DNA of 64,000 bases from Camelus dromedarius (lineage: Eukaryota): positions 44,456,001 to 44,520,000 of the forward strand of contig NC_087447.1 of NCBI RefSeq assembly GCF_036321535.1, read 5' to 3'. The notes below the pieces were generated by a model. The model searched no databases and was not told where the DNA came from. It worked only from the letters and a program-made list of their open reading frames with translations. The translations under genes were made by a program, and so were the position numbers. Shown in pieces: positions 1-13,019 of this stretch. Numbering within the stretch: the stretch's first letter is position 1; each line of letters starts with the position of its first letter.

Positions 1-177
1 AAATAAGAATATAACAGTTTTACTAATCTGGCCTATAAATGGTAGCTTTTTCACCTAAATGGGTGAAACATACCCTCGAGTTCATCTAGGCATGCATCTC
101 TTTAATAAACTCCAAACACCCAAGACAGGAGTCCAGATACACTAGAATTCCTCCTTTGAGAAGTTCTCTGTCTTAAG

Positions 178-266
178 GGGTTGTACATAGCTCAGTGGTA
201 GAAGGCATGTTTGGCATACATGAGGTCCTAGGTTCAATCCCCAGGGCCTCCATTAAGGGGAAAAAA
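178..266 (+). mobile_element. tRNA-derived short SINE (camelid Vic-1-like) with A-tail and 17-bp TSD
   Basis: A-box TAGCTCAGTGG and B-box GGTTCAATCC, then an A-rich tail. Flanking repeat AAGTTCTCTGTCTTAAG (161-177) vs AAGTTCTTTGTCTCAAG (267-283). Confidence 0.85.
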
Positions 267-1329
267 AAGTTCTTTGTCTCAAGTTCCAGTTTTTCACTCC
301 AAGGTTCACAGTTATGCCCACTCCCCTCAAAAGATAACAAACTTAGTCTAGCCTCAACAGATCAGTGACACAGTGTAAGCCCAATATCCAGAGGAGATAC
401 AACTACAAAAGTCAGGGACTGTTTCCTTACACTCATCTTCTGCAGTCAAATCAGCAGGTCATATTGATTTTATTTCCATAATGTTTCTCAAATCTGTAGT
501 CACCTCTCTCCCAGTCTGAAGTCCTAGACATCTCGATCCTAGATTACTGCAACAGCCTCCTAACTTGCCTCCCTCCACACTGCAGCCATAGTGATAGGAA
601 TCTGCTATCTTAATTCTCTGCTTGCTGATCTCCAGTGGCTCTTTTCCTATGGGGAAAGAATCCACATTCCTTACCATGTCTCCCCTCAGTGAGTAGGCAT
701 CTGCTCATTGTTCCAGCTTCTTCCTTTGCCTCTAGTTCTATGCTCCAGAACCTTGAAGGGCTTTATTTTGACTGTTTCCCTATGCACAGCTCCCCTTACC
801 ACCTTTTATTCATCTATCACCCAGAGAACCCTCTCCCCTTTACCTACCTGCCTTGTGTACAAACTTTCAGCATCTCCGGGGTGATTGCTGTAACCATTTC
901 TACACCTAAGTTCATTACTTTGTAACCCTAGGTGCGGCTACAGTATTTCCATAATACACTGGATTTACCATGTTGCGTTACAATTCCCTGCAGTGGATTG
1001 ATTCCCAAACATCCACCCCAGATAAGTTTAAGGCAGTCATGGTACTTCCATTCCCTTGCTGTTGGTGGGTTCAGGGATGGACAAGCCTTAACTAATTTGA
1101 GGCCATGAGAATCCATGCTCTACTCTGCTGAGTAAGAGTAAGATTACATGTTATTCTGATAAGCACAGGGAACTGGCTCTAGACTAAAGAGGACACTGAG
1201 AGTGGCAGGTCAGAACAACTGAAAGGTACTATACAGTAATAATCTTTAGTGATTATTCCCATTTATGCCTGGGTTTTCTGTTAATTGCTACCAAAGGTAA
1301 TCTTATTTTCTACTGTTGAATCTTTAGGG

Positions 1330-1574
1330 TAGTGTTTTCCCCAAATTCTTTTACTATGACCCACAGGTCAAAAAACATTTTACATTGGAACATAACATTG
1401 ACATAAATAGGTGTAATGAAACAAAAGCAGCACAGAGCATTTACTTGTACAGATATCATGTGCACTAATATTGTCTACTATTTTCTAGTTCAGTTTTTTA
1501 AAATGATAGTCCCAATCCAGTAGATTGATTTTACAACTCACTAATGTTTTACAACCTGCTTTTGAAAAACACTG
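1330..1574. mobile_element. Possible non-autonomous hAT-Charlie-type DNA transposon
   Basis: Inverted termini TAGTGTTTTCCC ... TTTGAAAAACACTG. The TSD is not clear. Confidence 0.45.
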
Positions 1575-2992
1575 ATCTCAGTCAGCATTACAGATTCGCA
1601 GTTGCCTTTGCTGGATAAAATCCTGGCTTCTGTCGTGGCAGAAAGACCTGCTATGGCCTGTTCTCAGCCACCCCTCGGGCTCATCTACAGATATTTGCTA
1701 CCAGCCTTCGTAGGAAACTAACTTGTTATTCTCTGAATATATCTACCTTTGTGCATGATGTTGCCTCTACTGTAGTGCTTGCCCTGTTTCAAGTTACCTT
1801 CTACAGGTTATTCAGATCTCTACTCAGGGTCACTTTTTTGAGGCCTTCTGCAAACTCTGCATCACCCTTCAAATGGGGCTAGGTCCGTTCCTGGGTGCGG
1901 TGATACTCCTCACGGCATATGCCTGTCAAAGCATTCATCACACCATACTACCAATTGCCTGGCTGCTTCACTGACTCCTTCACTGAACTGAGCTCCCAAA
2001 ACTAGGAAATGGGACTCATTTCTTCTGGATAACTCTTTTCCTACCATGGGACCTGATTGAGTATATGCTCAATATATGTTTATTAAATGAGGAGTAAGCT
2101 GCATGTTGTCTACAACAGAGTCAGCTCTGTGGCTGAGCTTTACAAAACCATCAACATGGTACTCTGCAGGGACAGAGCTACGCTACACTGCAGAGTATAC
2201 CAAGGCTGAAGAAATGGGTTCCTTCCTTTCCAGGGACTTAAGTGTTAATAATGACAGTCAAGAATGTAAGCATATGTCTAATTCATTTCCCACACATTTC
2301 ATATTTCAATTTTCTGAAATATTTCTAATCAACCTGCAGACAGAAAATAGCTCTACATTTTCCAAGACGTAGCCAAAAGCTGGTCTGAAACCTCTTCTCT
2401 GAAGTATTCACTGAATTCTGCATAAGTTAGAGACTTTTCCAGTGATCCAGTTTCACAGGATACATCTTTCATTGCAGCAGTCCCACAGTTACATTGTTCA
2501 ACACCCTTCACTAGCTGGTGAATTCCTTGAGGGTAGAGGACATACTAAATAAAACCTTGTGCTGCCCAGTAAAAGACATGAGATGTAATAGGCATCTGTA
2601 TAGGTCAACTGAATCAATGCATTGCACCAAGTTCTTCAGCCTAGCTCTGCATTTTAGGTTTACTAACTCCTCCCTTCCCCAGTCTCCTCTTACTTCATCT
2701 GAAAATGAACTTCCTGCAACGCTGATTCCCCATTGTTCGCTACTGGGCAACAGTACCCTTAAGGCTTTCCTCTCTATGCCCTTAAATGCAGAGGCATACT
2801 GTAGCTCTCTGATATTAGAGACGTGAATTTGGTAGTTAAGTTTGAGATGCCCTAATAATAAAAATGGTCTATATGCTTGTATTTTGAGGAAAGGAATTTC
2901 AACTGTTCTGTCATTTTGTCATTCTGTTCCACAATATCTGTTTAATATTAAATTAATGTTTTTAGTTCTTACAAGTTTAATATCGTACATTG

Positions 2993-3018
2993 CACACACA
3001 CACACACACACACACACA
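2993..3018. repeat. (CA)n microsatellite
   Basis: About 13 CA units read directly. Confidence 0.95.
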
Positions 3019-3299
3019 CCTGTAAAAATTGATGCTCTAGGAAGATGAGCCTTGTTTACACTGTGGCTTCACATATACCTTGGCACATCTCCATGTAGCC
3101 AAGCATGGGACACACAGCATTAAAGTTTTACTGCCATTCGCTTCAAGGAGATGAAAATACAAAAGCTGTACCTAGAGAAGTTCCTGAAAACTCAATACTA
3201 TTGTCCTGACTTAATTTCTAATATCTTCTCCTTAAAATGGTCTCAGAAGCTTTCCTACAATTAGCTTTTCCTTTTCTCCCAGAAGGAACAAAAGAAAGG

Positions 3300-4800
3300 A
3301 AAAATAGTTCAGTTTTGTATGTGCTGAGTTTGAGATGCCTGGGAGCATGTAGAGTTTAGGAAAGAGTTCTTCACTGGGAAAAGCGATTTGGAAGTTCTTG
3401 GCAATGAAAGCGAAGGAAATGGATGGGATGACTCAGAGTGTGTACGCAGAGGGAAAGGAGGCTGAGGTCAGACATTAGGGGACAGACAGGATACAGAATC
3501 TATGAAGGAGACTGAGAAATTGTCTTTCAGATAGGAAAGAGAACCTGCAAAATTCATCACAGTACCCAGTACAGTGTGTTTGCATAGGAGACACTCAAAA
3601 AATAATTATCAAATGATTTAGCAAGGAAAGTGCTTCTTCATTCAAAGCTCTGTGCTAGTGTAGAGAATACAGGGATAACTCCTCAAGGGTCCATCAGGCC
3701 AGTTGGAAGGACAGATCATGAACGAGTACAACACAGTAACACAAGTAGCTAAAAGTGGCATGTACAAGGCGTACTGGAGTACCAACAAAGAAGGTCAATG
3801 AGGAACTCCTCGGAGAAAACAATGTGACAGCTGAATCTTGAAGAATGAATAGGCATTCATCAAGCATGGGGGGAGGTCCTCTGGGAGGGCATTGCAGGCA
3901 GCAAGATCTGCAGGTAGAAGTGCACTGAATTATGAAACAGAGCAGAGTGTTTGAGAAATTCCAAATAAGTAATTTGGTACAGCTGGGATTTGGTATTTGA
4001 GGAAGAAGTGGAGGAAATGAAGCAGGAAAGCCAGGCAAGATCAAGTTACAAAGGGCCATGCAAGACATGATAAAGTGCTTGGATTTTATCCTGAAGACTA
4101 GGGGAAGCCACTGCGGACTTTTAAATGGAGAGAAAAGGAATCAGATTTACATTTCAGAAAGGTCATTCTTGCATCTGACAGGAAGATGGGCTAGGGGTCA
4201 AGACTAGAAGCAAGGAAACCAAATAGGAGGCTAGTTAAGGAATCCAGAGGGAGCTGAGGGAAGACTGGACTGGGCCAGAAGAAGGAGGGGTGGAGAGAGA
4301 CTGACAGATCGGACAGGTATAGAGGAGATAGGATAGACTAGGCATCGTGTGTGATAAGATGAGGTAGAGAAAGAAGCTAAGAGTCAAGCGTGATACCAAG
4401 TTTCGACTTGGGCAGCTGGATGGAGTAATTCCGTTCACAGAGAATGAGGATGGCAGAGGAGAAGCAGATCTGAGATTCTGTGATGAGCTTTGTTGTAAAC
4501 ATATTAGAGTTAAGGATATGTCTTAATTAACAGTTGTTCTGGAGCTCAGAGGATATATGTAAGCTAGCAATACAGATGTGAGAATCACACATAAATGAGG
4601 GAATTGAAGCAATTGGACTAGATGAGATTTTCCAGATGAAAAATATAGAGTAAGAGAAAAAGAAGGCCTAGGATAGAGCCAACATTCAAAGGTCAACCGG
4701 TAAAAGGGAAGCCCTCTGAGGAGGGTGAAAAGTGCTACAGCTGGAACACTAGCTGCAGTACTGTGTGTCTCAAAATCCAGGGGAAAGGGGGCCAAAAGCA
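3300..4800 (-). mobile_element. Degenerate LINE-2 fragments (approximate bounds)
   Basis: Antisense L2-like motifs, e.g. GGATTTTATCCTGAAG...GGGAAGCCACTG...TCAGATTTACATTTCAGAAAGGTCATTC. Confidence 0.6.
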
Positions 4801-5121
4801 TCTATTTGTGGTTATCTCCCTCAGTAGATTCTGAGTTCTTGGGGACAGACACTAGATAATCTTTGTATTCTTACAACCTGATGTTGGCCAGGCTCCAGAG
4901 TAGTGGTTCAATGAATATCTTTGGCCATTAGACTTTAAAATTAGGATATTCACTGTTGACGTCTGATGGAGCGATCTCTTGAGAGGAACGAAAGTAGAAA
5001 CCATCAAGACAACTAGAGAAGTTTGGAGACAAGGAAAAGGGAAGATAGGGCAGAGATATGGGAGCAACTTGAGAGGAAAGCAGATTTAAAAGTGAATTTT
5101 GAAGATGAATATATTCATTTT

Positions 5122-5490
5122 TGCTATGATCTGAATGTTCGTATCCCCCTCATGCCAATTCATATGTTGAAATCCTAATGCCCAATTTGATGGTATTGGG
5201 AGGTGGAGCCTTTGGGAGATGCCTAGGTCATGAGGGTGGAAGCCTCATGAATGAGACTATTGTTCTTGTAAAAGAGATCGCACAGAGATCCCTCACCTCT
5301 TCCATCCTGGGAGGGCACAGTGAGAAGGCGCTGGCTGTGAACCTGGAAAAGGTCCTCACCAGAACTTGACCATGCTGGTGCCTCAGTCTTGGACTTCCCA
5401 TCCTCCAGAACTATGAGAAATAAATTTCTGTTGTTTATAAACTATCCAGTCTATAGTATTTGGTTATAACAGCCCAAATAGACTAAGACA
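5122..5490 (+). mobile_element. MaLR solo LTR (MLT1-like)
   Basis: TG...CA termini (TGCTATG ... GACTAAGACA), 5-bp TSD ATTTT (5117-5121 / 5491-5495), internal AATAAA and typical MLT1 motifs. Confidence 0.85.
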
Positions 5491-7365
5491 ATTTTAATAA
5501 CCAGTACTTTTGCCAGACCTTATTTGTGGCGACAGACACTTAAGGGTTTGTATAGGTTTGAGGGAAAATCCTCTCATGTTGAGGACAAAAGTAATGGAGG
5601 AGAGCTTTCCCATTCCCCACGGTGGCTTTCATGGCTCCTCCACCTTATGTAAAGCCTCTTCTCTTTGGAGACTCAAGACTTTGTTGTACCACGTCCTCCT
5701 GATGTTCTTGGCCTTAGCTGCTAAGGGGTGCCCAGAGCACCTGCTGGCCCAAAGCACATGAAGTCAGTTGGCAAGCTTTCAGTTTAAGCATATCTGCCTT
5801 TATACACACATTATATCGCCCAGAGCTAGTCACAAAATGAATCATTAAATTCAGTCAGAGACCTAACACAATAGGCTGGAGCAAATAGACAAAATATCAT
5901 GAATGAGAAGTCAACATGGAGCTCACAGAGATAGAAGCAAGCACAGGAAGGGCAAAACTCTGGAGGAGTTTTGTAACACTAAGAACCACTCCTCCCCCAA
6001 ACCCACTTTTTATAATAGACTGGGCCATTCGTGCCAGGCTGATTGAGGGTGGAGGTGGGGGAAGACAGCTTCTGATCACTCACACATTCATTCAAGTCTT
6101 AGGCCCAGAGTCTTATCATCCCAACCTTGAATGCCCCATCCAAGACTCTGGCCCCATAGTTCTTTATTGTTCTCGCCTCCTGAAGCCCATTTATCCAGCC
6201 CACTTAGTTTGCCAGGCCTTTGAACCTTTCATGACCAGATCTACTTTTCCCCTGAAGTTTTTCCCTCTAGAATCTTACTCTTAAAACCCAGCTTCTTGCC
6301 TCTGGATGGCTCATCCCTTTGCACACATATATCAAATTTTCAAACTCTAGAAACCCTAATCTTCTGAACTCTCTTTTCTCCCTGTGTGCATCAGGCCTTT
6401 CTTTCTTTTCAACCCAGTGTGGATGTCATGATCCAACACTTCATCTGTTCTCATGGCAGCCCCTATTCAGCGCCATATCTTTCTCTTCTATCTACCTTTT
6501 AATCACCAGATTTCTCTTCTGTGACCTTATCATAGAGAGCTCCTAGGAATAAAAATTATCACACAACCCCTGGCATTGGGATCAACAAAACTGGACCCTG
6601 AGCACAACTCAACAAGCCTGGATTGCTTGATCCTACCATCTCTTTGACTCCTGCAAACTTTCTCCACTTAAATTCTTTGTATCATCTATCATCTCCTATT
6701 ATGAGCACTTAACCTCACCTCCTACTCTCAACAATGATAACAGCAACAAAAGGGAAGCTGTAGGCATGGTCTTCTCAATTTCCTATCTTCCTGATCCTTA
6801 CCTACATCCAGGAACTAGGCATTTAGGTGAAAATCTATTTACTGAAGACAATTCACCCAATGACCAGGCTCCCAAAAGCTCAATTCACCAAATTTTCCAA
6901 AGTTATCAACTTTAAAAATTGTTGGTTTTGAGCACCAAATTCCAATTTGGCAAAGTTATCAATTCACCAAAAACTTGTTTCAAACAATAACTTTTAAAAT
7001 TTATAAATTGTGTTGCATGAAAAGGTTTAATAAGTTTATGGATTCGTGGGTTTTTTTTTAATTTTCAATTAATTTCAGTTTGACTTAGTTTAGTTTTAGT
7101 TTTACCAAAATCTTCTCATTAGATCTGTTGTATACTAGATTTCAATCAAACTATGTGATGTCACTTTTGTGTGTGAAACTCATAGAAATTTAGGAGTCAG
7201 ATGCCTAAAGAAGTGGATAATACTCATTTAATCAAGCTGATAAACAAATCTAGGAATTAAAAAAAGTTTAAAACAGTACTTTCTAACTCATTCTGCAAAG
7301 CACATTTTTTTTTTAGTTCACATGTGTACTGATCATTGTTTCTAAGAACAGATTAGAGCTTTAGC

Positions 7366-7477
7366 TTTTTAAACTTACATGTTTATTTACTTATTTATTT
7401 AATGGCAGTACTGAAGATTGAACCCAGGACCTCATGCATGCTAAGCATGCCATTTACCACTGAGCTACACCTTCCCC
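7366..7477 (-). mobile_element. tRNA-derived short SINE (Vic-1-like), antisense
   Basis: Reverse complement reads GGGGAAGGTGTAGCTCAGTGGTAAATGGCATGCTTAGCATGCATGAGGTCCTGGGTTCAATC followed by a (TAAA)n tail. Confidence 0.85.
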
Positions 7478-7479
7478 AT

Positions 7480-10072
7480 TGCAAGAAAAGATCAATATCC
7501 CTTATGAATATAGATACAAATTACCCAACAAAATACTAAACTGTATCCAACAACACAGAAAAAGATTTATATACTAGGAACAAGTGGGCTTTATCCTAGA
7601 AATACAAGGTTGGTTACCATTCTGAACTCAAGTAATGTAATATTCCATATCATCTCAATAGAATAAAAAGCAAAACCACAGGATTATCTCAGTAGACACA
7701 CAAAAAGCATTTGACAATACCTGACACATTTTCATTATATAAGCACTCAATAAATTAGGAATAAAAGGAATTTTCTCAACAAATAAAGGACATGAAAAAC
7801 CCACAGCTTATATCATAGTTAATATTAAAACACTGGACACTTTCTTTCTAAAATCAGGAACAGGACAAGGATGTCCATTCTTGCTACTTTTATTTAACAT
7901 TGTTTTAAAGGTTCCACTAAGGCAGTTAGACAAGAAAAAAAAAAGACATCTGTATGGGAAAGGAAGAAGTAAAATTATCTCTATTCGCAGATGATATGGT
8001 CTTATATATAGAAAACCCTGAGGAATCCACCAAAAAACTATTAAAACTAATAAATGAATTCAACAAGGTTACAGGATACAAAATCAGTATTCAAAAATCA
8101 ATTGTATTTCTACACACTAGCAAGTAACAATCCAAAAAAGAAATTAAGAAAACAATTCCATTTACAATAGCATCAAAAAGAATAAAATGCTTGGGAATAA
8201 ATTTAAGTAAAGTACAAGACTTACACACTGAAAACTACAAAAGATTATTGAGAACATGTGAAAATGCCTTCATAAATGTAAAGATATCATATGTTCATGG
8301 ATTTGAAGACATAATATTGTTAAGATAGAAATACTCCCCAAATTGATTTGAAATTCAGTATCATCCTTATCAAAATCACATTGCATTTTTTTGCAGAAAT
8401 ACTGAAAATCATGGAAATTCAAGGGACCCAGAATAGCCAAAATAATCTTGAAAAATAACAAAGTTGGAAGACTCATAGTTCCTGACTTTAAAACTTTTAT
8501 AAAGTAATCAAGACTGTGTAGTACTGACATAAGGATAGACCTGTAGATCAATGGAAAAGAAACGAGAGATCAGAAATAAACATTCACAGTTATGGTCAAT
8601 TTTTTTAACAGGGATGGCAAGAAAAAGAAAGACAAGTATTTTCAATAAATAATGCCAGGGCTAGCTATCCATATGTAAAAAACTAAAGTTACACCCCCAC
8701 CTCACACCACGTACAAAAATTATCTCAAATGAGTCACAGACCTAAATGTAAGAGCTAAAACCATAAAACTGTTAGAAAAAAATGGCAGTTAATCTTCACC
8801 TTGGAATAGACAACAGTTTCTTAGATACAATGCCGAAAGCACAAACAACAAAAGGAAAATAAGTTAATTATTTAAAGAATAGAATATACAAGAACTGTGG
8901 GACAATAAGAAAATACATACAATGGAGAGAAAGGAACAGAAGAAATATTTGAAGTAATAACTACAGAGAATTTTCTGAAATTAATGGCAGACACCATTTA
9001 AACCACAGATCTAGGAAGCTCAGAAGACATCAGGGTAGATACTGAAAAAATCTTCACCTGGGTATAGAGAACTGCAAAATATTCAAACTACAGAATATCA
9101 AAGACAAAGAGAAAACCTTGAAAGAATCCAGAGAAGAAAATATGCAATGGTGAATCAGCATATAAAAAGATGCTGAGTCTACGGCCATAACACACCCGAT
9201 CTCGTCTAAAAATATGCTGAACATCATTAGCCTTTATAGAAAGACAAATCAAAACCACAATGAGATACCACTTCATACTCACTAAGATGATTATAATCAA
9301 AAAGATAAGCAATAGCAAATGTTGGCAAGGACGTAGAGAAACTGGAACCCTATACACTCCTCGTAGAAAGGTGAAATGGTGAAGCTGCTGTAGAAAAGTT
9401 TGACAACATTTCCTCAAATATTTCCTCAAAATGGTAAACAGTTTATAGTACGTAGTTACAATATGTATCATACCAGCAATTCCACTCCTAGGTATGTACC
9501 CAAGGGAATTGAAAAGGCATGTCCACACAAAAACTTGTATACAATGTTCACAGCAGCATTATTCGTAATAACCCAAAAGGGCAAAAAAAAGAAAGAAAGA
9601 AAGAAAGAAAGAAATTCCAAATGTCCCTCAACTGATGAATGAATAAACAGAATGTGATATAGCCATAGAATAGAATATTATTCCTCCATAAAAAGGAATG
9701 AAATGCTAATGTATGCTACAACATAGATGAACCTCAAAAATAGTCTAAGTGAAAGAAGCCAGACACAAAAAAGCTACATATTGTATGATTTCATTTATGT
9801 GAAATATTCAGAATAGGCAAATCCACAGAAACAGAACGTAGATTATGTCAGGGGCTGAAGGGAGGAGAAAATGGGGAGTAACTGCTAGTAGGTATGGGGT
9901 TTCTTTTGGAACAATGAAAATATTGTGGAATTTGATTTTGGTGATGGATACACAACTCTGTGAATATACTAAAAACCACTGTGAATTGTATACTTCACAA
10001 GGATGAACTTTATGGTATATAAATTGTAACTCAATAAAACTGTTGCTTAAACAAATAAAAATAAAAGTAAAA
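7480..10072 (+). mobile_element. LINE-1 remnant (ORF2 3' half and 3' UTR, old L1M type) with an embedded ORF1-like piece at ~8,880-9,140
   Basis: Decayed RT motif TCTCTATTCGCAGATGATATG (LFADDM) near 7,978-7,999. Typical L1 C-terminal and 3' UTR sequence, AATAAA plus A-rich tail at ~10,033-10,072. Many stops. Confidence 0.9.
9177..9207 (+). pseudogene. 5S rRNA 5' fragment (tailless retropseudogene)
   Basis: GTCTACGGCCATA + ACACACCCGATCTCGTCT matches 5S nt 1-13 and 23-40 (two CpG transitions, 9-nt deletion). TSD AAAAAGATGCTGA (9164-9176) / AAAAATATGCTGA (9208-9220). Confidence 0.85.
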
Positions 10073-13019
10073 ACTGTATTTAGAAATAGCAACAACTACA
10101 TAATCAAGGATAAGGCTAAGCAGAGATCTTCCTAAAGTACAGTCTTCCTATTGTGGTATGAATGGGACTGGTAGAAATTCTACAAATAATTGCTTTGATG
10201 TTACTATGGCAGGAGGCCCATTTATGAATGGTCATCGTGAGATTTTAGAACAACTATCTTGAACTAATGAGTTTATAATAGAATTGATATAATTAATTTT
10301 ATCACATACCATAGTAACTATTTATACCATTTACCAACCAGTGTGGAAACACAGTGTGGCCACATTTCAGCCCATATAACCTATTAAAATTACAAATGCA
10401 CAAAAAAACAAGTTTTAAAAAAGGCAAATTATTGGATTGAAAATGCTTTGGAAGAGAGGGACCCCCCCCCAAGATTGTTTATAAAATATTTGACATTTGA
10501 GTCATTGCACAATACTTGTAGAACAAAATACACAAGAAATTCTCATTTTCAAAAGTCATAGATTCAAAACAAGGAAAAACTTAGACTACACTGAACTTTG
10601 GCCAGCCATGGCAAAATGACTTCAGTGAAACAGCTGCAAATAAGTTAAAACTAAACTAAACTGAGCTAAACTGCACTTCAAAATTAATAACTGATACTTT
10701 GTAGAAACTTTCAAGAGTAGTTAAAATCCATACAACCATGCAAATTGTTGTAAACTTTACACATAGAAGAAACAAAATTTTGGAAAATTGACAAAATTGG
10801 TGAATTTCAGTAAATTGATCACTCTGAATTGAAATTCTGAGAACTGGCTCTTCTTACTTCCCATCCCAGAGGATGGGAGTCCTTCCTCTTCTCCACATTT
10901 AATCCTTCCACCTGTGTTCTAGATCCCATCTGGTTCTGCCTTCTCTGGCTCCCGCTCTGTGGGAGAGGATTGGGAGTCTCCTTTTTCCTTTCCTAGAGTC
11001 ACTACAGGGAATTGAAATCCATCAGAGCCTGGAAAACATGCTTGCTCTTGGAAGATCTCAACTCAAACTGTGCTGGACTCTGGCCATTTTTTAAATACTC
11101 ATGCTCACTTTCTCCAGGGCTGTGCTCTACTGAAGAGCGCTAATGACTGTGGCTTCTCGTGAGCATTTGAATGGGGGGCTAAGTCTTGAGCAGTCTAAAA
11201 CCAAGCACTTACCCGACCCAGTGCCTCCTCCTGCACTAAGAAGGAACAAATGAATAACGGAGCCAGCGAGGATTGTCAGCCTCCCGTCACGTCATTCAGG
11301 ATCATCGTTCCAAGGTAGGTCTTTTGGGTCATCTTTCCTTTCTCATTTGGTCATCCCCACACTTGTCTGTCCTTCCTTGCCCCTAGTTAATTTGCCCTTC
11401 CACTACACCCCTGACTTCTAGCCCTTCCCATCATGGACCCTCCCTCCCAATCTTTCCTGCTCTGAAATCTCCATTTCGTGGTGACAACCCCCTGAATTCT
11501 CAGCCCCTTTATATGCCTCTGAGCCTCTAAATCCTATGTAAGAGAGCTGGCTTTGCTTAAGTACATCATTTCCACATTTTCCCACATGTCTGAGGAGGAG
11601 AGGGAAGTAGTCTCCACACTCAGGATTCCCTGAAGCCCAAACACAAGTACTTCTCCACACCTTCCCCCTAATCTTTGAGACTCATACCATCTTGTTATTT
11701 GAGACTCTGCCTTCCTCAGTGCTGTCATGAAATGATCTCTCCTCTTTTTTATCAAGGATTTTACTGTAGCTGTGCCTATATCCTTTGTTCTCTCACCAGC
11801 ATCCTCATCTCCATGGTCCTTTAGGTCTACAAGGCCACCAACCATCATTCCTCTTAACAGTATCTCCACTCCTTTAACACCTTCCTCAAGTTCCCTAACT
11901 TACTGCCTCCCTTATGACCATTTTCACGAACTCCAAGTCCTCTCCAGAAAGAATGCGATCACCAGATATGATGGCCTCAATTTTCCACCCTGTCCACCTC
12001 CCCCCTGCACTGCCATCATACCCTCATACATGCACTTACCTGCATCTCACCCATTTTCCCTTTTAGTCTTGAAGGAGGAGGTACCTCTCTAGGTTAAAAA
12101 CCAATTCCTTCCTGTAGCCATGCTTAATTCTTCAGACCGTCCTCTCTACTCTGGGACCTTTCTCCACTAGCCATTGCCTCTCCATCAGCTCCTTATCTGC
12201 GGTGTTAAACATGGTCCTGCTGCTCACGTCCAAGCAAACATCCCTCAGTCTTTCCCTTCCCCACTCCCCCTCTCAGCCTCCTGTTACCTATTCTTTCTCT
12301 CCTTGCTAAACTCACTGAGTAGTGGTCCTTGATCCTGCTATCTCACTAACATCCTTTCTTACTTCTGGAATAGAAACCCCCTCATGTCAGTCATTTGCTT
12401 AGCAAATATTGACTGAACATCACCTATGGGCAGGCTTCAATGGTGAGCAAACCAGGTTTACTGCTGAGTGGAGTATACAGACATTTAATCAAATATTTAC
12501 ACACCAGAAACTTGCAACTGTGACACCTGTTACAAAGGAGAAATACCAGGCACTAGGAGGGCCCATCATCTGGGGATTTGACCTAGTCAGGTCAAACAAG
12601 GAAACAAAGACAAAACAAAACAAGAAAAGTCAGACCTAGAGAGGTCAGGGATGTAATGAAGTGATGCTTCACTTGAGAACTGAAAGTTAAATGAGAGGCC
12701 ACTTAACGGAGGAAAGAACCAAAGCATGCCCTGAGCAGGACAATTTTATGCCACAGCGTTCTTAACAGTCAGTCTGAATGGGATCTGCCATCTTCTTAAA
12801 TGACCTTGCCCTCTACTCCCAAAATTGACCTAGATGGGCACATGAGTCAACCCAGGCCATCTGGAGTCTTTCCTCGGGATTTCTGAAATTGCTGGTATTG
12901 TTATAAAGCCTATTTTTGAACTATTTTTAATATATATTATATTGATTTTAAAATTAGTTTAACACCTCAGGAGAGAAGATAAGAGACAGATCGTCCAAAC
13001 AGAAGAATTCCTAATAATA

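Larger units (their letters stand above)
6811..10853. mobile_element. Old DNA transposon with long degenerate inverted ends (MULE-like), split by SINE and L1 insertions
   Basis: Left arm repeats AATTCACC(A/C)AA and TTTAGTTTTAGTTTTA. Right arm has the complements TTGGTGAATT and TAAAACTAAACTAAA. Superfamily assignment is inference. Confidence 0.45.

Noticed and set aside
178..255. Possible tRNA gene
   Set aside because: Imperfect stems, an A-tail and a TSD identify it as a SINE.
2353..2530. Protein-like minus-strand frame (QGIHQLVKGVEQ...YAEFSEYFREEVSDQLL)
   Set aside because: No recognisable family, convincing splice context or partner exons. A translated database search would be needed.
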